Positions 40,050-51,294 of a stretch of 64,000 nt of DNA are shown here, piece after piece. The notes beneath the pieces were generated by a model. The model was not told where the DNA came from and searched no databases. It worked only from the letters and a program-made list of their open reading frames with translations. This DNA comes from an uncultured candidatus Porisulfidus sp. Its GTDB lineage: Bacteria; Pseudomonadota; Gammaproteobacteria; Poriferisulfidales; Poriferisulfidaceae. Each line of letters opens with the position of its first letter. Position 1 is the stretch's first letter. The position numbers and the translations under genes are program-made. The stretch spans positions 1,280,001 to 1,344,000 of the forward strand of contig OZ241993.1 in assembly GCA_965204575.1 (NCBI GenBank). The letters run 5' to 3'.

Positions 40050-41308
40050 GCTTCCTCGAACCACTGATGGGCGGGGAGAGTCAGGAATTCATTGGTCGGG
40101 ATATCGTTTTTTCCGACGATCATGGTTCGTGCGGATTTGAATTTCTCCTGAAAAGCCTCCAGGCCTTGCAAGGAGGCTTTCTTCCGGCCGCTTTTCACCT
40201 CAATCGCGACAATCCGGGAGCCGCGCTGCAGGACATAATCGACTTCATGGGGGGGCTCGCGCCAGTAATGGAGGCGCATGTCGGAGGTCATGGTGTTGAA
40301 CAAGTGTGCCCCGATTGCGCTTTCGGTCAGGTGCCCCCAGAAAGTCCGGTCCGCCTGTGCTTCCTCGAAAGAATACCTCGAACCGGCGGTCATCAAGGCC
40401 GTGTTCAGGACGTTGAGTTTGGGGCTTGATGCCCGGGTGCGGTGGAAGGACCCGTAATATTTAGGCAGTCCGGCAAGCAGGCGGGTCTGCGCAAGCAGGT
40501 CCAGGTAGCGCGCCAAAGTGGTCGTGTTACCCGCATCTTGGAGTTGCCCCAGCAGCTTGGTGTACGACATGATTTGCCCGGAATAGCCGGTGCCCAGTTC
40601 AAAGAGCTGCTTCAGCAGTGCGGGTTTGTCCACACGGTTCATCGAGAAAATGTCGCGCTCGATGTTGGTTGCGATGATGGTCCTGAGGATATATTCGCGC
40701 CATCGTTCCTGCTCCCGGCAGAAGCGGGTGGCACCAGGATAGCCGCCGAAATAGAGGTATTGAGGAAGGTCGAAGCCGAATGCCCGGGACATTTCCCCGA
40801 ACGACCAGTGGCGGACATCGAGGGGCTCAAAACGTCCGGCCAGGGTTTCCGTCAGTCCCGATTGCATGAGCAGCGGGGACGAGCCGAGGATGACGACGTG
40901 CAGAGGACAGTTCTCTATCCGGTCGGCATCCCACAAACCCTTGACGGTTTCCGACCACTGAGGGATTTTCTGAATCTCGTCGAGCACGAGCACGAATCCC
41001 TGGTCATGTCTCTTCGCTTCCTGCCGGGTCTGCTCCCAGTTTTGCACTAGCCCGTGGATGTCCAGCGGTCGGGGGTCGTCGAAATCAGACTCGTTGGCGT
41101 CGGGGAAAATCGAAGGCATGGCGGAGCCAGGCCGATCAACTGCGACATAACGGCTTCCCCATCCTGCTTTCTGGAGAATTTCGAGGGCCTGGAGCACAAT
41201 GGTGGTCTTGCCGGACTGGCGGGGTCCAGACAAGGTGATCAGGTGATGGGGGTCTTCGGCAAGCCTGTTGACCAGCACGTCCACCTGGGGGCGTCGGTAT
41301 TCGTCCAT
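40046..41308 (-). CDS. AAA_14 ATPase with DUF4143 and C-terminal nuclease-like motif
   Basis: GPRQSGKTT, LVLDEIQK, LGSS, ETLAGR, GGYP, EVDYV..AIEVKSG. Confidence 0.9.
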   Translation of the reverse strand: MDEYRRPQVDVLVNRLAEDPHHLITLSGPRQSGKTTIVLQALEILQKAGWGSRYVAVDRPGSAMPSIFPDANESDFDDPRPLDIHGLVQNWEQTRQEAKRHDQGFVLVLDEIQKIPQWSETVKGLWDADRIENCPLHVVILGSSPLLMQSGLTETLAGRFEPLDVRHWSFGEMSRAFGFDLPQYLYFGGYPGATRFCREQERWREYILRTIIATNIERDIFSMNRVDKPALLKQLFELGTGYSGQIMSYTKLLGQLQDAGNTTTLARYLDLLAQTRLLAGLPKYYGSFHRTRASSPKLNVLNTALMTAGSRYSFEEAQADRTFWGHLTESAIGAHLFNTMTSDMRLHYWREPPHEVDYVLQRGSRIVAIEVKSGRKKASLQGLEAFQEKFKSARTMIVGKNDIPTNEFLTLPAHQWFEEA

Positions 41309-41323
41309 AGAGAATTATTTTAC

Positions 41324-41349
41324 TATATTGAGTAAATTTACTCAATATA
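41324..41349. promoter_or_regulatory. Perfect 26-bp palindrome, putative operator of the island operon
   Basis: TATATTGAGTAAA-TTTACTCAATATA, 15 bp upstream of the ATG at 41308. Confidence 0.6.
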
Positions 41350-41415
41350 AATAGTTGTACCAGTATTATATTGTTTTTACACTATATTATGTAGAATTCA
41401 TAAAGCAATCTATGG

Positions 41416-41497
41416 CTTCAGAGCCGCCGTTCGGGCCACTCGCACAGGTCGGAAATCCCGCATTCCGGACACTTCGGATTGCGTGCGGTGCAGGTAT
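41416..41497 (-). repeat. nth 3' end copy (right boundary of island)
   Basis: Matches 32904-32985. Confidence 0.95.
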
Positions 41498-42050
41498 AGC
41501 GGCCGTGCAGGATCAGCCAGTGGTGGGCATCCTTGAGGAACGGCCCGGGGACCTGCCGCATCAGGCCGTCTTCCACCTCGCGCACGGTCCGCCCGGGGGC
41601 GATGCCGATCCGGTTGCTGACCCGGAAGATGTGGGTGTCCACCGCGATCACGGGCTCGCCGAACGCGGTGTTGAGAATCACGTTCGCGGTCTTCCGCCCG
41701 ACACCGGGCAGCGCCTGCAGGGCCTCGCGGGTCTGCGGGACCTGGCCACCGTGCTGCTCGACCAATGCGCGGCAGGTGGCGATGATGTTGGCGGCCTTGC
41801 TGTTGTGCAGGCCGATGGAGCGGATGTAGGGCTTGAGGCCGGCGACGCCGAGCGCCAGGATGGATTTCGGGGTGCGTGCGCGGGCAAACAGCTTGCGCGT
41901 CGCCTTGTTGACTGCGACGTCCGTGCATTGGGCGGACAGGATGACGGCGATGAGCAGTTCGAACGCGCTGCGGTAACGCAGTTCGGTGGTCGGCTCCGGG
42001 CGCAGTTTCCGGAAGCGGCGAAAAATCCGCGCGCACTGGCGCGTGTCCAT
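41418..42050 (-). CDS. nth: Endonuclease III
   Basis: LIAVILSAQCTD, LPGVGRKTANV, VDTHIFRV, C-x6-C-x2-C-x5-C Fe-S motif. Confidence 0.96.
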   Translation of the reverse strand: MDTRQCARIFRRFRKLRPEPTTELRYRSAFELLIAVILSAQCTDVAVNKATRKLFARARTPKSILALGVAGLKPYIRSIGLHNSKAANIIATCRALVEQHGGQVPQTREALQALPGVGRKTANVILNTAFGEPVIAVDTHIFRVSNRIGIAPGRTVREVEDGLMRQVPGPFLKDAHHWLILHGRYTCTARNPKCPECGISDLCEWPERRL

Positions 42051-42454
42051 CAGCGGGGCGGTACCGTGCGGCCGAGCGCACGACCGACGGCCTCCCGGAT
42101 CGCGGCCTGTCGCGCCTCGGTGCTGCCGTCCCGGAATCGGGCGTGCGCCGACTGCAACTGCCGCTCTTGGGCATCGCGCAGCACGGTCAGGCGCTGCCGG
42201 CGCCGCCGGGCCCGGTCGCGGGCCCGGAGACGGTAGTCGTGGTTGCGGGGCGGGTGCTCCGGATCCGGTTGCAGGGAGATGCAGTCGACGGGGCAGGCCG
42301 GAAGGCACAAGGCGCATTCCGTGCACAGGTCCGGGAGTATGCGGTGGGCCTTCTGCGCGAGACCGGCGATGGCATCGAACGGGCAGGCGTCGATGCACAG
42401 GGCGCAGCCCACGCACTGCGCTTGGGCGATCCAGGCAACCCGGCTGGCGCTCAC
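42050..42454 (-). CDS. Short RnfB/RsxB-like 2x[4Fe-4S] ferredoxin
   Basis: [16 protein letters not shown] and [16 protein letters not shown]; GTG overlaps the metG stop. Confidence 0.8.
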   Translation of the reverse strand: MSASRVAWIAQAQCVGCALCIDACPFDAIAGLAQKAHRILPDLCTECALCLPACPVDCISLQPDPEHPPRNHDYRLRARDRARRRRQRLTVLRDAQERQLQSAHARFRDGSTEARQAAIREAVGRALGRTVPPR

Positions 42455-44448
42455 CGGATCTTCATGCCCGGCTGCGCGCCCTCGTCCAGCGTCAGCAGCC
42501 ACATGCCCTCGTCGTCCCCCGCGGCCAGGATCATGCCTTCGGAAGTCCCGAAGCGCATCTGGCGCGGTTCCAGGTTGGCGACCACCGCGACCAGGCGGCC
42601 CTGCAACTGCTCCGGCGTGTAGGCGGCACGGATGCCGGCGAAGACCTCGCGCCGTTCACCGCCGAGGTCCAGGGTGAGCGCCAGCAGCCGGTCGGCGCCT
42701 TCGACCTCGCGGGCCTCCGCGATCCGGGCGACCCGGAGATCGACCTTGGCGAAGTCTTCGTAGGGAATGGTGTCGGATTGCGCGGGCTCGGGCGGCGGCG
42801 CGCTTGAGGATTTGGTTTCTTCGATCATGGCTTGGACGGATTTCGGGTCGATGCGGGTGGACAGGGGGGTGAACGGGCGGACCGGGCAGTCTAGTTGCGG
42901 TGTCTGGTGGGCGGCCCAGTCGAGCGGGCCGCAGTCGAGAAAGGCCTCGCTCTTGGCCGCCAGCGCGGGCAGCACCGGTTTCAGGTAGATGACCAGCACC
43001 CGGAACAGGTTGAGGCCCTGGGTGCAAACCGCCCAGGCCTGCTCGCGGGTGGCGGCGTCGCGCACCGTCTCCCAGGGCTTTTGCTGGCTGAGGTACTGGT
43101 TGGCGCGGTCGGCCAGCGCCATGATGTCGCGCATGGCGTGGGAGAAGCGCCTCGCCTCGTAGTGTTCGGCCAGGCCGTCGGCGGCTGCGGCGAAATCCTC
43201 GAACATCGCGGGTTCCGGGAGCTGCTTTGCGAGCCGCCCGCCGAACTGCTTCTCGATGAAGCCGGCGCAGCGGCTGGCGATGTTGACGACCTTGCCGACC
43301 AGGTCGCTGTTGACCCGGGTGACGAAGTCGTCCAGATTGAGGTTGATGTCGCTGATGTCGGGCGAAAGCTTGGCCGCGAAGTAGTACCGCAGATGCTCCG
43401 GGTCGAGGTGGCGCAGGTAGGTGCGGGCCTCGATGAAGGTGCCGGTGGACTTCGACATCTTCTCGCCGTTGATGGTCAGGAAGCCGTGGCACCACACCGC
43501 GTTCGGGGCCCGGTACCCGGCACCGTGCAGCAGGGCGGGCCAGAACAGGGTGTGGAAGTAGGCGATGTCCTTGCCGATGAAGTGGTACAGCTCGATCTCG
43601 CTGTCGGCGGCCCAGTACTTGTCGAAGTCGAGGCCGCGTTCCCGGCACAGGTTCAGGTGGCTGGCCATGTAGCCGATTGGCGCGTCGAGCCAGACGTAGA
43701 AGTACTGGTCGGGGGAGCCCGGGATCTCGAAGCCGAAGTAAGGCGCGTCGCGGCTGATGTCCCAGTCGCGCAACCCGGCTTCGAACCATTCATCGAGCTT
43801 GTTCTTGATTTCCGGCTGCACGCCGCCGTGCGTGGCCCACTGTTTCAGGAAGTCGGTGAAGTCGCCCAGCCGGAAGAACAGGTGTTCGGTCTCCCGCAGT
43901 TCCGGGGCCGCGTCGCTGAGCGTCGAGCGCGGGTTGCCGAGTTCGGTCGAATCGTAGGTCGCGCCGCACTGCTCGCAGGCATCCCCGTACTGGTCTTCGG
44001 CGCCGCAGCGCGGGCAGGTGCCGCGCAGGTAGCGGTCGGAGAGGAACAGCCCGGCGACCGGGTCGAAGAATTGCGAGATCGTCTTGCGCCGGATGTGGCC
44101 GGCCTCGGACAGGGCCTCGAAGATGCCGCAGGACAGCCGGCGGTTTTCTTCGCTGTGCGTGCTGTGGTAGCGGTCGAAGTCGATCAGGAAATCAGCGAAA
44201 TCCTCGCGGTGCTGCCGGCCGATCTCCTCGATCAACTGCTCCGGGCTGATGCCGCGCTGTTGCGCGAGCAGCATGATCGGCGTGCCGTGCGCGTCGTCCG
44301 CGCAGACGTAGAGGCAGTCCTCGCCGCGCAGGCGCTGGTAGCGCGCCCAGATGTCGGTCTGCAGGTATTCCACCAGGTGGCCGAGATGGATCGGCCCATT
44401 GGCGTAGGGCAGGGCGCTGGTGACCAGGATGCGGCGCGGGGAGGACAT
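42451..44448 (-). CDS. metG: Methionine--tRNA ligase
   Basis: [29 protein letters not shown]-terminal tRNA-binding domain. Confidence 0.97.
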   Translation of the reverse strand: MSSPRRILVTSALPYANGPIHLGHLVEYLQTDIWARYQRLRGEDCLYVCADDAHGTPIMLLAQQRGISPEQLIEEIGRQHREDFADFLIDFDRYHSTHSEENRRLSCGIFEALSEAGHIRRKTISQFFDPVAGLFLSDRYLRGTCPRCGAEDQYGDACEQCGATYDSTELGNPRSTLSDAAPELRETEHLFFRLGDFTDFLKQWATHGGVQPEIKNKLDEWFEAGLRDWDISRDAPYFGFEIPGSPDQYFYVWLDAPIGYMASHLNLCRERGLDFDKYWAADSEIELYHFIGKDIAYFHTLFWPALLHGAGYRAPNAVWCHGFLTINGEKMSKSTGTFIEARTYLRHLDPEHLRYYFAAKLSPDISDINLNLDDFVTRVNSDLVGKVVNIASRCAGFIEKQFGGRLAKQLPEPAMFEDFAAAADGLAEHYEARRFSHAMRDIMALADRANQYLSQQKPWETVRDAATREQAWAVCTQGLNLFRVLVIYLKPVLPALAAKSEAFLDCGPLDWAAHQTPQLDCPVRPFTPLSTRIDPKSVQAMIEETKSSSAPPPEPAQSDTIPYEDFAKVDLRVARIAEAREVEGADRLLALTLDLGGERREVFAGIRAAYTPEQLQGRLVAVVANLEPRQMRFGTSEGMILAAGDDEGMWLLTLDEGAQPGMKIR

Positions 44449-44579
44449 CGGACGAGAGGCAATCCAAAGGGTCATTGTAGCGGGGGCGGGCCGCGCAGGA
44501 AGGCAATGGCTGGCGGGGGCCGCCCGTATAATGAAAGGACGCAGGACGCGGAACACACATTAATTAAGGAGATTCGACG

Positions 44580-45668
44580 ATGACGCTCAGCAGGGAGCAG
44601 GTCGAGGACGCGCTCAAGGACGTGCAGGACCCCGGTTCCGGCCAGGACCTGGTGGCGGCCCGGGCGCTCGAGAACGTGACGGTGGACGGCGATGCGGTCC
44701 AGGTCGCAATCCGGCTGGGTTACCCGGCCAAGGGAATCCGGGACGAGTTGGCGCAGGCCGTCGAGGCGCGCCTGGCGCAGCTGGGCGGCGGGACCCGGAT
44801 CGAGATCGAGGTGGACTGGGAGATCCAGGCGCATTCGGTGCAGAAGAACCTCAAGCCGCTGGAAAACATCAAGAACGTGCTGGCGGTCGCCTCCGGCAAG
44901 GGCGGCGTCGGCAAGTCCACCACGGCGATCAACCTGGCGCTGGCGCTGTCCGAGGAAGGGGCCTGCGTCGGTGTGCTGGACGCGGACATCTACGGGCCGA
45001 GCCAGCCGCGCATGCTCGGCATCTCCGGGCAGCCCGAGTCGCAGGACGGCAAGAGCCTGGAGCCGATGATGAGCCACGGCCTGCAGTCCATGTCGATCGG
45101 GTTCCTGATCGACGAGGAAACGCCGATGATCTGGCGCGGGCCGATGGTGACCCAGGCGCTGGAGCAGTTGCTCGGCGACACCCGCTGGCGGGGCCTCGAC
45201 TACCTGGTGGTGGACCTGCCGCCGGGAACCGGCGACGTGCAGCTGACGCTGGCGCAGAAGATCCCGGTCAGCGGCGCGATCATCGTGACCACGCCGCAGG
45301 ACATCGCCCTGCTGGATGCGCGCAAGGGCCTGAAGATGTTTCGCAAGGTCGAAGTGCCGGTGCTCGGCGTGGTGGAGAACATGAGCCTGCACATCTGCAG
45401 CCAGTGCGGGCACGAGGAACCGATCTTCGGCGAGGGCGGCGGCGAGAGCCTGGCCCGCGAGAGCGACGTGGAACTGCTCGGCCAGTTGCCGCTGGACCGG
45501 CGCATCCGGGAGGAAACCGACAGCGGGAAGCCGACCGTGGTGGCCGATCCGGACGGCCGGATCAGCCAGATCTACCGGGACATCGCCCGCCGCGCAGCCG
45601 CCCGGCTGGCGGCTCTGGCGAAAGACTACAGCGCCAGGTTCCCGCGCATCGTCATCCAGAACGACTGA
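44580..45668 (+). CDS. apbC: Iron-sulfur cluster carrier ApbC/Mrp
   Basis: [35 protein letters not shown]..CxxC. Confidence 0.95.
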   Translation: MTLSREQVEDALKDVQDPGSGQDLVAARALENVTVDGDAVQVAIRLGYPAKGIRDELAQAVEARLAQLGGGTRIEIEVDWEIQAHSVQKNLKPLENIKNVLAVASGKGGVGKSTTAINLALALSEEGACVGVLDADIYGPSQPRMLGISGQPESQDGKSLEPMMSHGLQSMSIGFLIDEETPMIWRGPMVTQALEQLLGDTRWRGLDYLVVDLPPGTGDVQLTLAQKIPVSGAIIVTTPQDIALLDARKGLKMFRKVEVPVLGVVENMSLHICSQCGHEEPIFGEGGGESLARESDVELLGQLPLDRRIREETDSGKPTVVADPDGRISQIYRDIARRAAARLAALAKDYSARFPRIVIQND

Positions 45669-45670
45669 CC

Positions 45671-46237
45671 GTGGGCGTCAAGTCGGACCGCTGGATTCGG
45701 CAGATGGCCGGACAGGCCCGCCTGATCGAGCCGTTCGAGCCGAACCAGATCAGCCAAGCCGATAACGACCGGGTCATTTCCTACGGTACCTCGAGCTACG
45801 GCTACGACGTCCGCTGCTCCACGCACTTCAAGATCTTCACCAACATCAATTCCGCGATGGTGGACCCGAAGCAGTTCGCGGAGGACAGTTTCGTGGACTA
45901 CGAGGGCGACGTGTGCATCATTCCGCCGAACTCGTTCGCCCTGGCCAGCACCGTCGAATACCTGCGGGTGCCGCGCCAGGTGCTGGTGGTCTGCCTCGGC
46001 AAGTCCACCTATGCGCGCTGCGGCATCATCGTCAACGTCACCCCGCTGGAGCCGGAGTGGGAGGGGCACATCACGCTGGAGTTCTCGAACACGACGCCGC
46101 TGCCGGCGAAGATCTACGCCAACGAGGGCGTGGCGCAGCTGGTGTTCTTCGAGACGGACGAGCCGTGCGAGACCTCGTACGCGGACCGCGGCGGCAAGTA
46201 CCAGCAGCAGACCGGCGTCACCCTGCCGCGGGCCTGA
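45671..46237 (+). CDS. dcd: dCTP deaminase
   Basis: [35 protein letters not shown]. Confidence 0.96.
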   Translation: MGVKSDRWIRQMAGQARLIEPFEPNQISQADNDRVISYGTSSYGYDVRCSTHFKIFTNINSAMVDPKQFAEDSFVDYEGDVCIIPPNSFALASTVEYLRVPRQVLVVCLGKSTYARCGIIVNVTPLEPEWEGHITLEFSNTTPLPAKIYANEGVAQLVFFETDEPCETSYADRGGKYQQQTGVTLPRA

Positions 46238-46240
46238 GGC

Positions 46241-46495
46241 GTGAAAGTCCCGACACCACTGCGGCGCATCGTCGTGCTGATCGTCGGGGGGACGGTGCTG
46301 CTGACCGGGCTGGTCATGCTGGTCACGCCGGGGCCGGGACTGGTGGTGATCCTGGTCGGGCTGGCGACGCTGGCCAGCGAATTTCCCTGGGCGCGCCGGT
46401 TGCTGACCCGCGTCCGCGAGGAGGCGGGCAGCCGGGGCCGGCAGGCCGGCGGTTGGTGGCGGCGCCTGCGGGGCCGGGGTTCCTCCGGTTCATGA
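46241..46495 (+). CDS. PGPGW-domain small membrane protein
   Basis: MLVTPGPGLVVILVGLATLASEFPWA. Confidence 0.85.
   Translation: MKVPTPLRRIVVLIVGGTVLLTGLVMLVTPGPGLVVILVGLATLASEFPWARRLLTRVREEAGSRGRQAGGWWRRLRGRGSSGS
46454..46478 (+). repeat. 3' end of the PGPGW gene, duplicated at 48821-48845
   Basis: 22 of 25 nt identical; WWRRLRGR vs WWRRLRDR. Confidence 0.55.
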
Positions 46496-46681
46496 CAGGG
46501 GAGTGAACGGCGCGGTCCACTGACCGCACGCGTCGGGTGTTTAGCTTCAAGATCATCCTCCGGATGATCCCGCAGCCCTTCAGGCTCTCGTCGGAAGAGC
46601 CCCGCCCGAACTGTGCAGGCCGGGGTATGGTATGATTTGGCCGCTCAGTTCGCAAACAAATTTCTGATAAGAGGAGAAGCC

Positions 46682-47944
46682 GTGAATAGGCATTCTATGT
46701 CTGGGCGGTTCCTGCCGTGCATATTGCGGCGTTCAGACTCTCCCTCCCTTCTGAAGATTCGCGCTTGATGCAGGCTGAGGGACAAGAACGGCCCCTATAG
46801 CGACACGGTCGTCTACGGACAAGGGCGTCTCGACCTGGACGCGGCATCGCGACCGGTGGGCGGGACCAACTTCGCGTTGGGTGCCTTGGACAAGGGTCAG
46901 GTCTTGACGACCGCCGGGGCCCGGGTCACCTTGCCGCGCAAAGCCATCAATCGACACCTCCGCGGCCACTCCCTCCTTGTCTTGGACGGCTACCAGCGGG
47001 CCCCCTTCAAAGTCAGCCTGGACGCTTTCGCGGAACCTTGGAGCCACTATCTCTCGATGGACGACTTCGCTTTCGCACCGCGCCGCCATCGTCGCGATGA
47101 ACGGGCCGGGTACGCGACCGTCTCGATGACCGGAAACGGTCTCTGGGCACAGGGCCTTTCGAAAAAAGATCAGTTCCTCGGTTTCGGCCGGGGCGCGGAT
47201 GTGGCGCAAGGCCTGATGCGTTTGGCCGGAACCTCGCTTTCGGTCACGGGCTATCGGATGTCGGAAAATGCCGCCGGGGCCATCTTGGGACTTTCTGGCG
47301 AATCCGGAGACTGGCATGCAGTCGTGGTTTCCGGTGCCGCCGAATCGGGCTGGCCGGGGTTCGGAGTTTCGGGCTGGAATCCAGAGACGGTACTAGCCGT
47401 GCAGTTTGTTCCCGGCGCAAATGTGTTCGGGGCCTCCTTCGCATCGGAACTCGACCGGCCGATGGGATGGAACGGCTCGGGAGCCTTGAAAGTCGAGGCC
47501 GACAGTTTCGAACTTGCTTGGAGGCGCAATCTCGCGGCTGATGGCGCCACCCGTCTCGACTTGACGAATCGTCTGACGCATCTCGCCGTGCGCGGCGACC
47601 CGTTGCTGCACTTCGATGACGCGCTGCTCGCCTCGACGGAGCTTGAGTTCTCGTTCCAGCCCGACCCTCTCGTTACGATCAAGACATGGTTGGGCGCGGA
47701 ACGTCCGGTCTCCACAGCCGCGGGACGCATTCGGGCCGCCACGTCCGTGGGTGAAAGCGGCCGGATTGCCTATCGGGACATCACGATCGACGGCCGGGAC
47801 CTCCTGGCCTTTGACAAGGCCGGCCTGAGCATCGGCTTCACGAATCACTCGGACACTTCCTTGGGCCTGGGCGTCACGGCGGTGCGGGACGGCTTCGGCA
47901 GGATGGAAACCTTGGCGGGGGTTCAGGTAGATCTCGCTTTCTGA
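46682..47944 (+). pseudogene. Remnant of a subtilase (S8) with C-terminal beta-barrel-like domain; catalytic domain missing
   Basis: RBS GAGGAG and GTG 46682 give a short dead frame; a second frame open from 46769 reads YGQGRLDLDAASRPVG (typical S8 domain end) and ends in a terminal Phe. Confidence 0.6.
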
Positions 47945-48107
47945 CGCGGCAGCGGACTACGCGCCGACTCGGCTTCTCTCCGGTGAATTTCAGGAAGGTG
48001 CCCGCCGACGGGCGGCACCAAACAAAAAAAATAGCTTGAATTTACACTGATATTGCTTTCTTTCGCCACAATAGACATATAAAAATATTTATGATATGGT
48101 TATCCAT

Positions 48108-48347
48108 ATGAAAACGACACTCAATATCGACGAGACCGTGATGCGGCAGCTAAAGGAAGAGGCCGCACGGCGCGGGACGACCATGTCCGCCCTTGTGGAA
48201 GCGGGGCTCAGGCGCATCCTCGCCGGGCCTTCCCGATCCAAGGGCAGACAGGCGGCCTCCCGGCGGTTGCCGACCTGGGACAGCGGGGGCTTTCGGGTCG
48301 ATGTCGCAAACCGCGAAGAGCTCTACCGGATGTTGGACGAAGAATAG
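48108..48347 (+). CDS. vapB: VapB-type antitoxin (RHH/CopG-like)
   Basis: MKTTLNIDE...LKEEAARRGTTMSALVEAGLR; abuts the PIN toxin. Confidence 0.85.
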   Translation: MKTTLNIDETVMRQLKEEAARRGTTMSALVEAGLRRILAGPSRSKGRQAASRRLPTWDSGGFRVDVANREELYRMLDEE

Positions 48348-48782
48348 GTGCGGGTTTTCGACACGAACATCCTGGTCTATGCGGCGGACCGGACATCGCC
48401 GTTTCACGCCCCCTGCCATGCCAGTGTCTTGCAGGCCTGCGAGGACCCGGTCCCGGCTTTCCTCACCTGGAACGTTTGCTACGAATTTCTGCGGGTCACC
48501 ACGCACGCACGCGCATCCCGGTCGCCCTGGACATCTGAGAAGGCCTGGGGATTCCTCAGGTCCTTGCTGGAATCGCCTGGGTTTGACCTGCTGCTGGCGA
48601 CGCCTCGGCACGAGGCGGTGCTGGCGCAAACCTTGGAGGAGTTGCCGGACGTGCGCGGGAATCTGTGCCACGACCTGAACACTGCGGTGTTGATGCGGGA
48701 GCATGGAATCAGCCAGATCTGCACGCGCGACACCGACTTTCATCGGTTCCCGTTCCTTGCCGTGATCGACCCCCTGCGATGA
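48348..48782 (+). CDS. vapC: VapC PIN-domain toxin
   Basis: FDTNILVYA, YEFLRVTT, HD..TA.LM, TRDTDFHRF. Confidence 0.92.
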   Translation: MRVFDTNILVYAADRTSPFHAPCHASVLQACEDPVPAFLTWNVCYEFLRVTTHARASRSPWTSEKAWGFLRSLLESPGFDLLLATPRHEAVLAQTLEELPDVRGNLCHDLNTAVLMREHGISQICTRDTDFHRFPFLAVIDPLR

Positions 48783-48820
48783 GGATGCGTGCTCCTGCGA
48801 CAGGGAAGCACATGGGCCGC

Positions 48821-48845
48821 TGGTGGCGCCGCTTGCGGGACCGGG
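48821..48845 (+). repeat. Displaced, diverged copy of the PGPGW gene 3' end
   Basis: Matches 46454-46478 with 3 mismatches, two of them synonymous. Confidence 0.55.
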
Positions 48846-48924
48846 ACCCGGAACAGCCGCGAGCGATGGGTCGCCTTCGGTACAATGCGGCGGGCGGATT
48901 GCCCGGAACGTGACGAACCGCTAA

Positions 48925-50223
<1,299 letters not shown>

Positions 50224-50242
50224 CGGCCGGAGGTCCTCCGCG

Positions 50243-50572
50243 ATGCGCGTGCTGATCTGGTTGATGACGGCGCTGCTCGGAGCGCTGCTGTACTTGCTGG
50301 TGGCCGGCGATGGGGGCCTGCTGAGCCTGTGGGATCAAGCGGGAGAGGTTCAGCGACTGAAGGAAGAGAATGAAAAACTGGCTGAACGCAACCGCATCCT
50401 GTCGGCGGAGCTGGAGGATCTGCGCTCCGGGCTGGAAGGGATCGAGGGCCTGGCGCGGGACCGTCTCGGCATGATCCGGGAAGGCGAAGAGTTCTACCAG
50501 TTGGTCGGGCCCGAGGTCGGAGAGGATCCGGTCGAACCGGTCGTTCCCGCGCCGGTGCCCGAGGTGCCGTGA
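50243..50572 (+). CDS. ftsB: Cell division protein FtsB
   Basis: TM helix plus coiled coil, IEGLARDRLGMIREGE; eno-ftsB-ispD synteny. Confidence 0.9.
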   Translation: MRVLIWLMTALLGALLYLLVAGDGGLLSLWDQAGEVQRLKEENEKLAERNRILSAELEDLRSGLEGIEGLARDRLGMIREGEEFYQLVGPEVGEDPVEPVVPAPVPEVP

Positions 50573-51294
50573 GGGCGAGCGAAGCGGTCATGAAAGAAGT
50601 ACATGCAGTCGTGGCAGGGGGCGGTTCCGGTTCCCGCTTCGGTAGCGCCAAGTGGGATGCACCGCTTGGAGAGCGGCGGATGCTGGACTATGCGGTGCGG
50701 CCGTTCGCGATGTGTCACCCGACGGTCCGGAGCATTACCTTGTTGTTGCCGGAGTCGGCGCTCGGCGGCGAACCGCCGCGGCTTCCGGCGGCGGTGGCAT
50801 TCCGGGAATTGTCCGGCGGGGCGACCCGGGCCGACAGCGTCCTGCGCGGGCTGGAGGCCGTGCGGCAGGATGCAGGGGAAGATGCCTGGGTGCTGGTGCA
50901 CGATGTCGCACGGCCCTGCGTCTGGCAGTCGGATGTCGAAAAGTTGCTGAGCGAGGCCGATGCGGACGGGGGTTTGCTGGCGGTGCCGGTGACCGACAGC
51001 GTCAAGCGCGCCGAGGGCGACCGGGTCGCGAAGAGCGAGGACCGGCAAGTGTTGTGGCGGGCGCAGACGCCGCAGTTGTTCGAACTGGCCGCGCTGCATC
51101 GCTGCCTGCGCCGGGCGCTGGAGGAGGGCGCGGAAGTGACCGACGAATCGCAGGCAATGGAGCGTGACGGCTACCGGCCGCGCCTGGTCACCGGTCGCGA
51201 GGATAATATAAAGGTGACATGGCCCGAAGACCTTGCCCGGGCCGAGTCGATTTTGCAACAGGATCCGGATCATGCGTATTGGACACGGTTATGA
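50569..51294 (+). CDS. ispD: MEP cytidylyltransferase
   Basis: GGGSGSRFG, GGATRADSV, VLVHDVARP, AQTPQ, TDES, NIKVT. Confidence 0.92.
   Translation: MRASEAVMKEVHAVVAGGGSGSRFGSAKWDAPLGERRMLDYAVRPFAMCHPTVRSITLLLPESALGGEPPRLPAAVAFRELSGGATRADSVLRGLEAVRQDAGEDAWVLVHDVARPCVWQSDVEKLLSEADADGGLLAVPVTDSVKRAEGDRVAKSEDRQVLWRAQTPQLFELAALHRCLRRALEEGAEVTDESQAMERDGYRPRLVTGREDNIKVTWPEDLARAESILQQDPDHAYWTRL

Larger units (their letters stand above)
32904..41497. mobile_element. Integrase-less genomic island inserted at the nth 3' end (defence cargo)
   Basis: 82-bp flanking direct repeat, visibly more AT-rich cargo, three co-oriented nuclease-domain genes, no recombinase ORF. Confidence 0.82.

Noticed and set aside
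41355-42236. + strand ORFs at 41355 and 32801 sharing SEPPFGPLAQVGNPAFRTL
   Set aside because: Antisense translation of the duplicated nth 3' end, not a protein family
41418-46495. Impression of higher GC in the nth-metG-dcd block suggesting foreign origin
   Set aside because: A one-line spot check gave GC similar to eno; not supportable without computation
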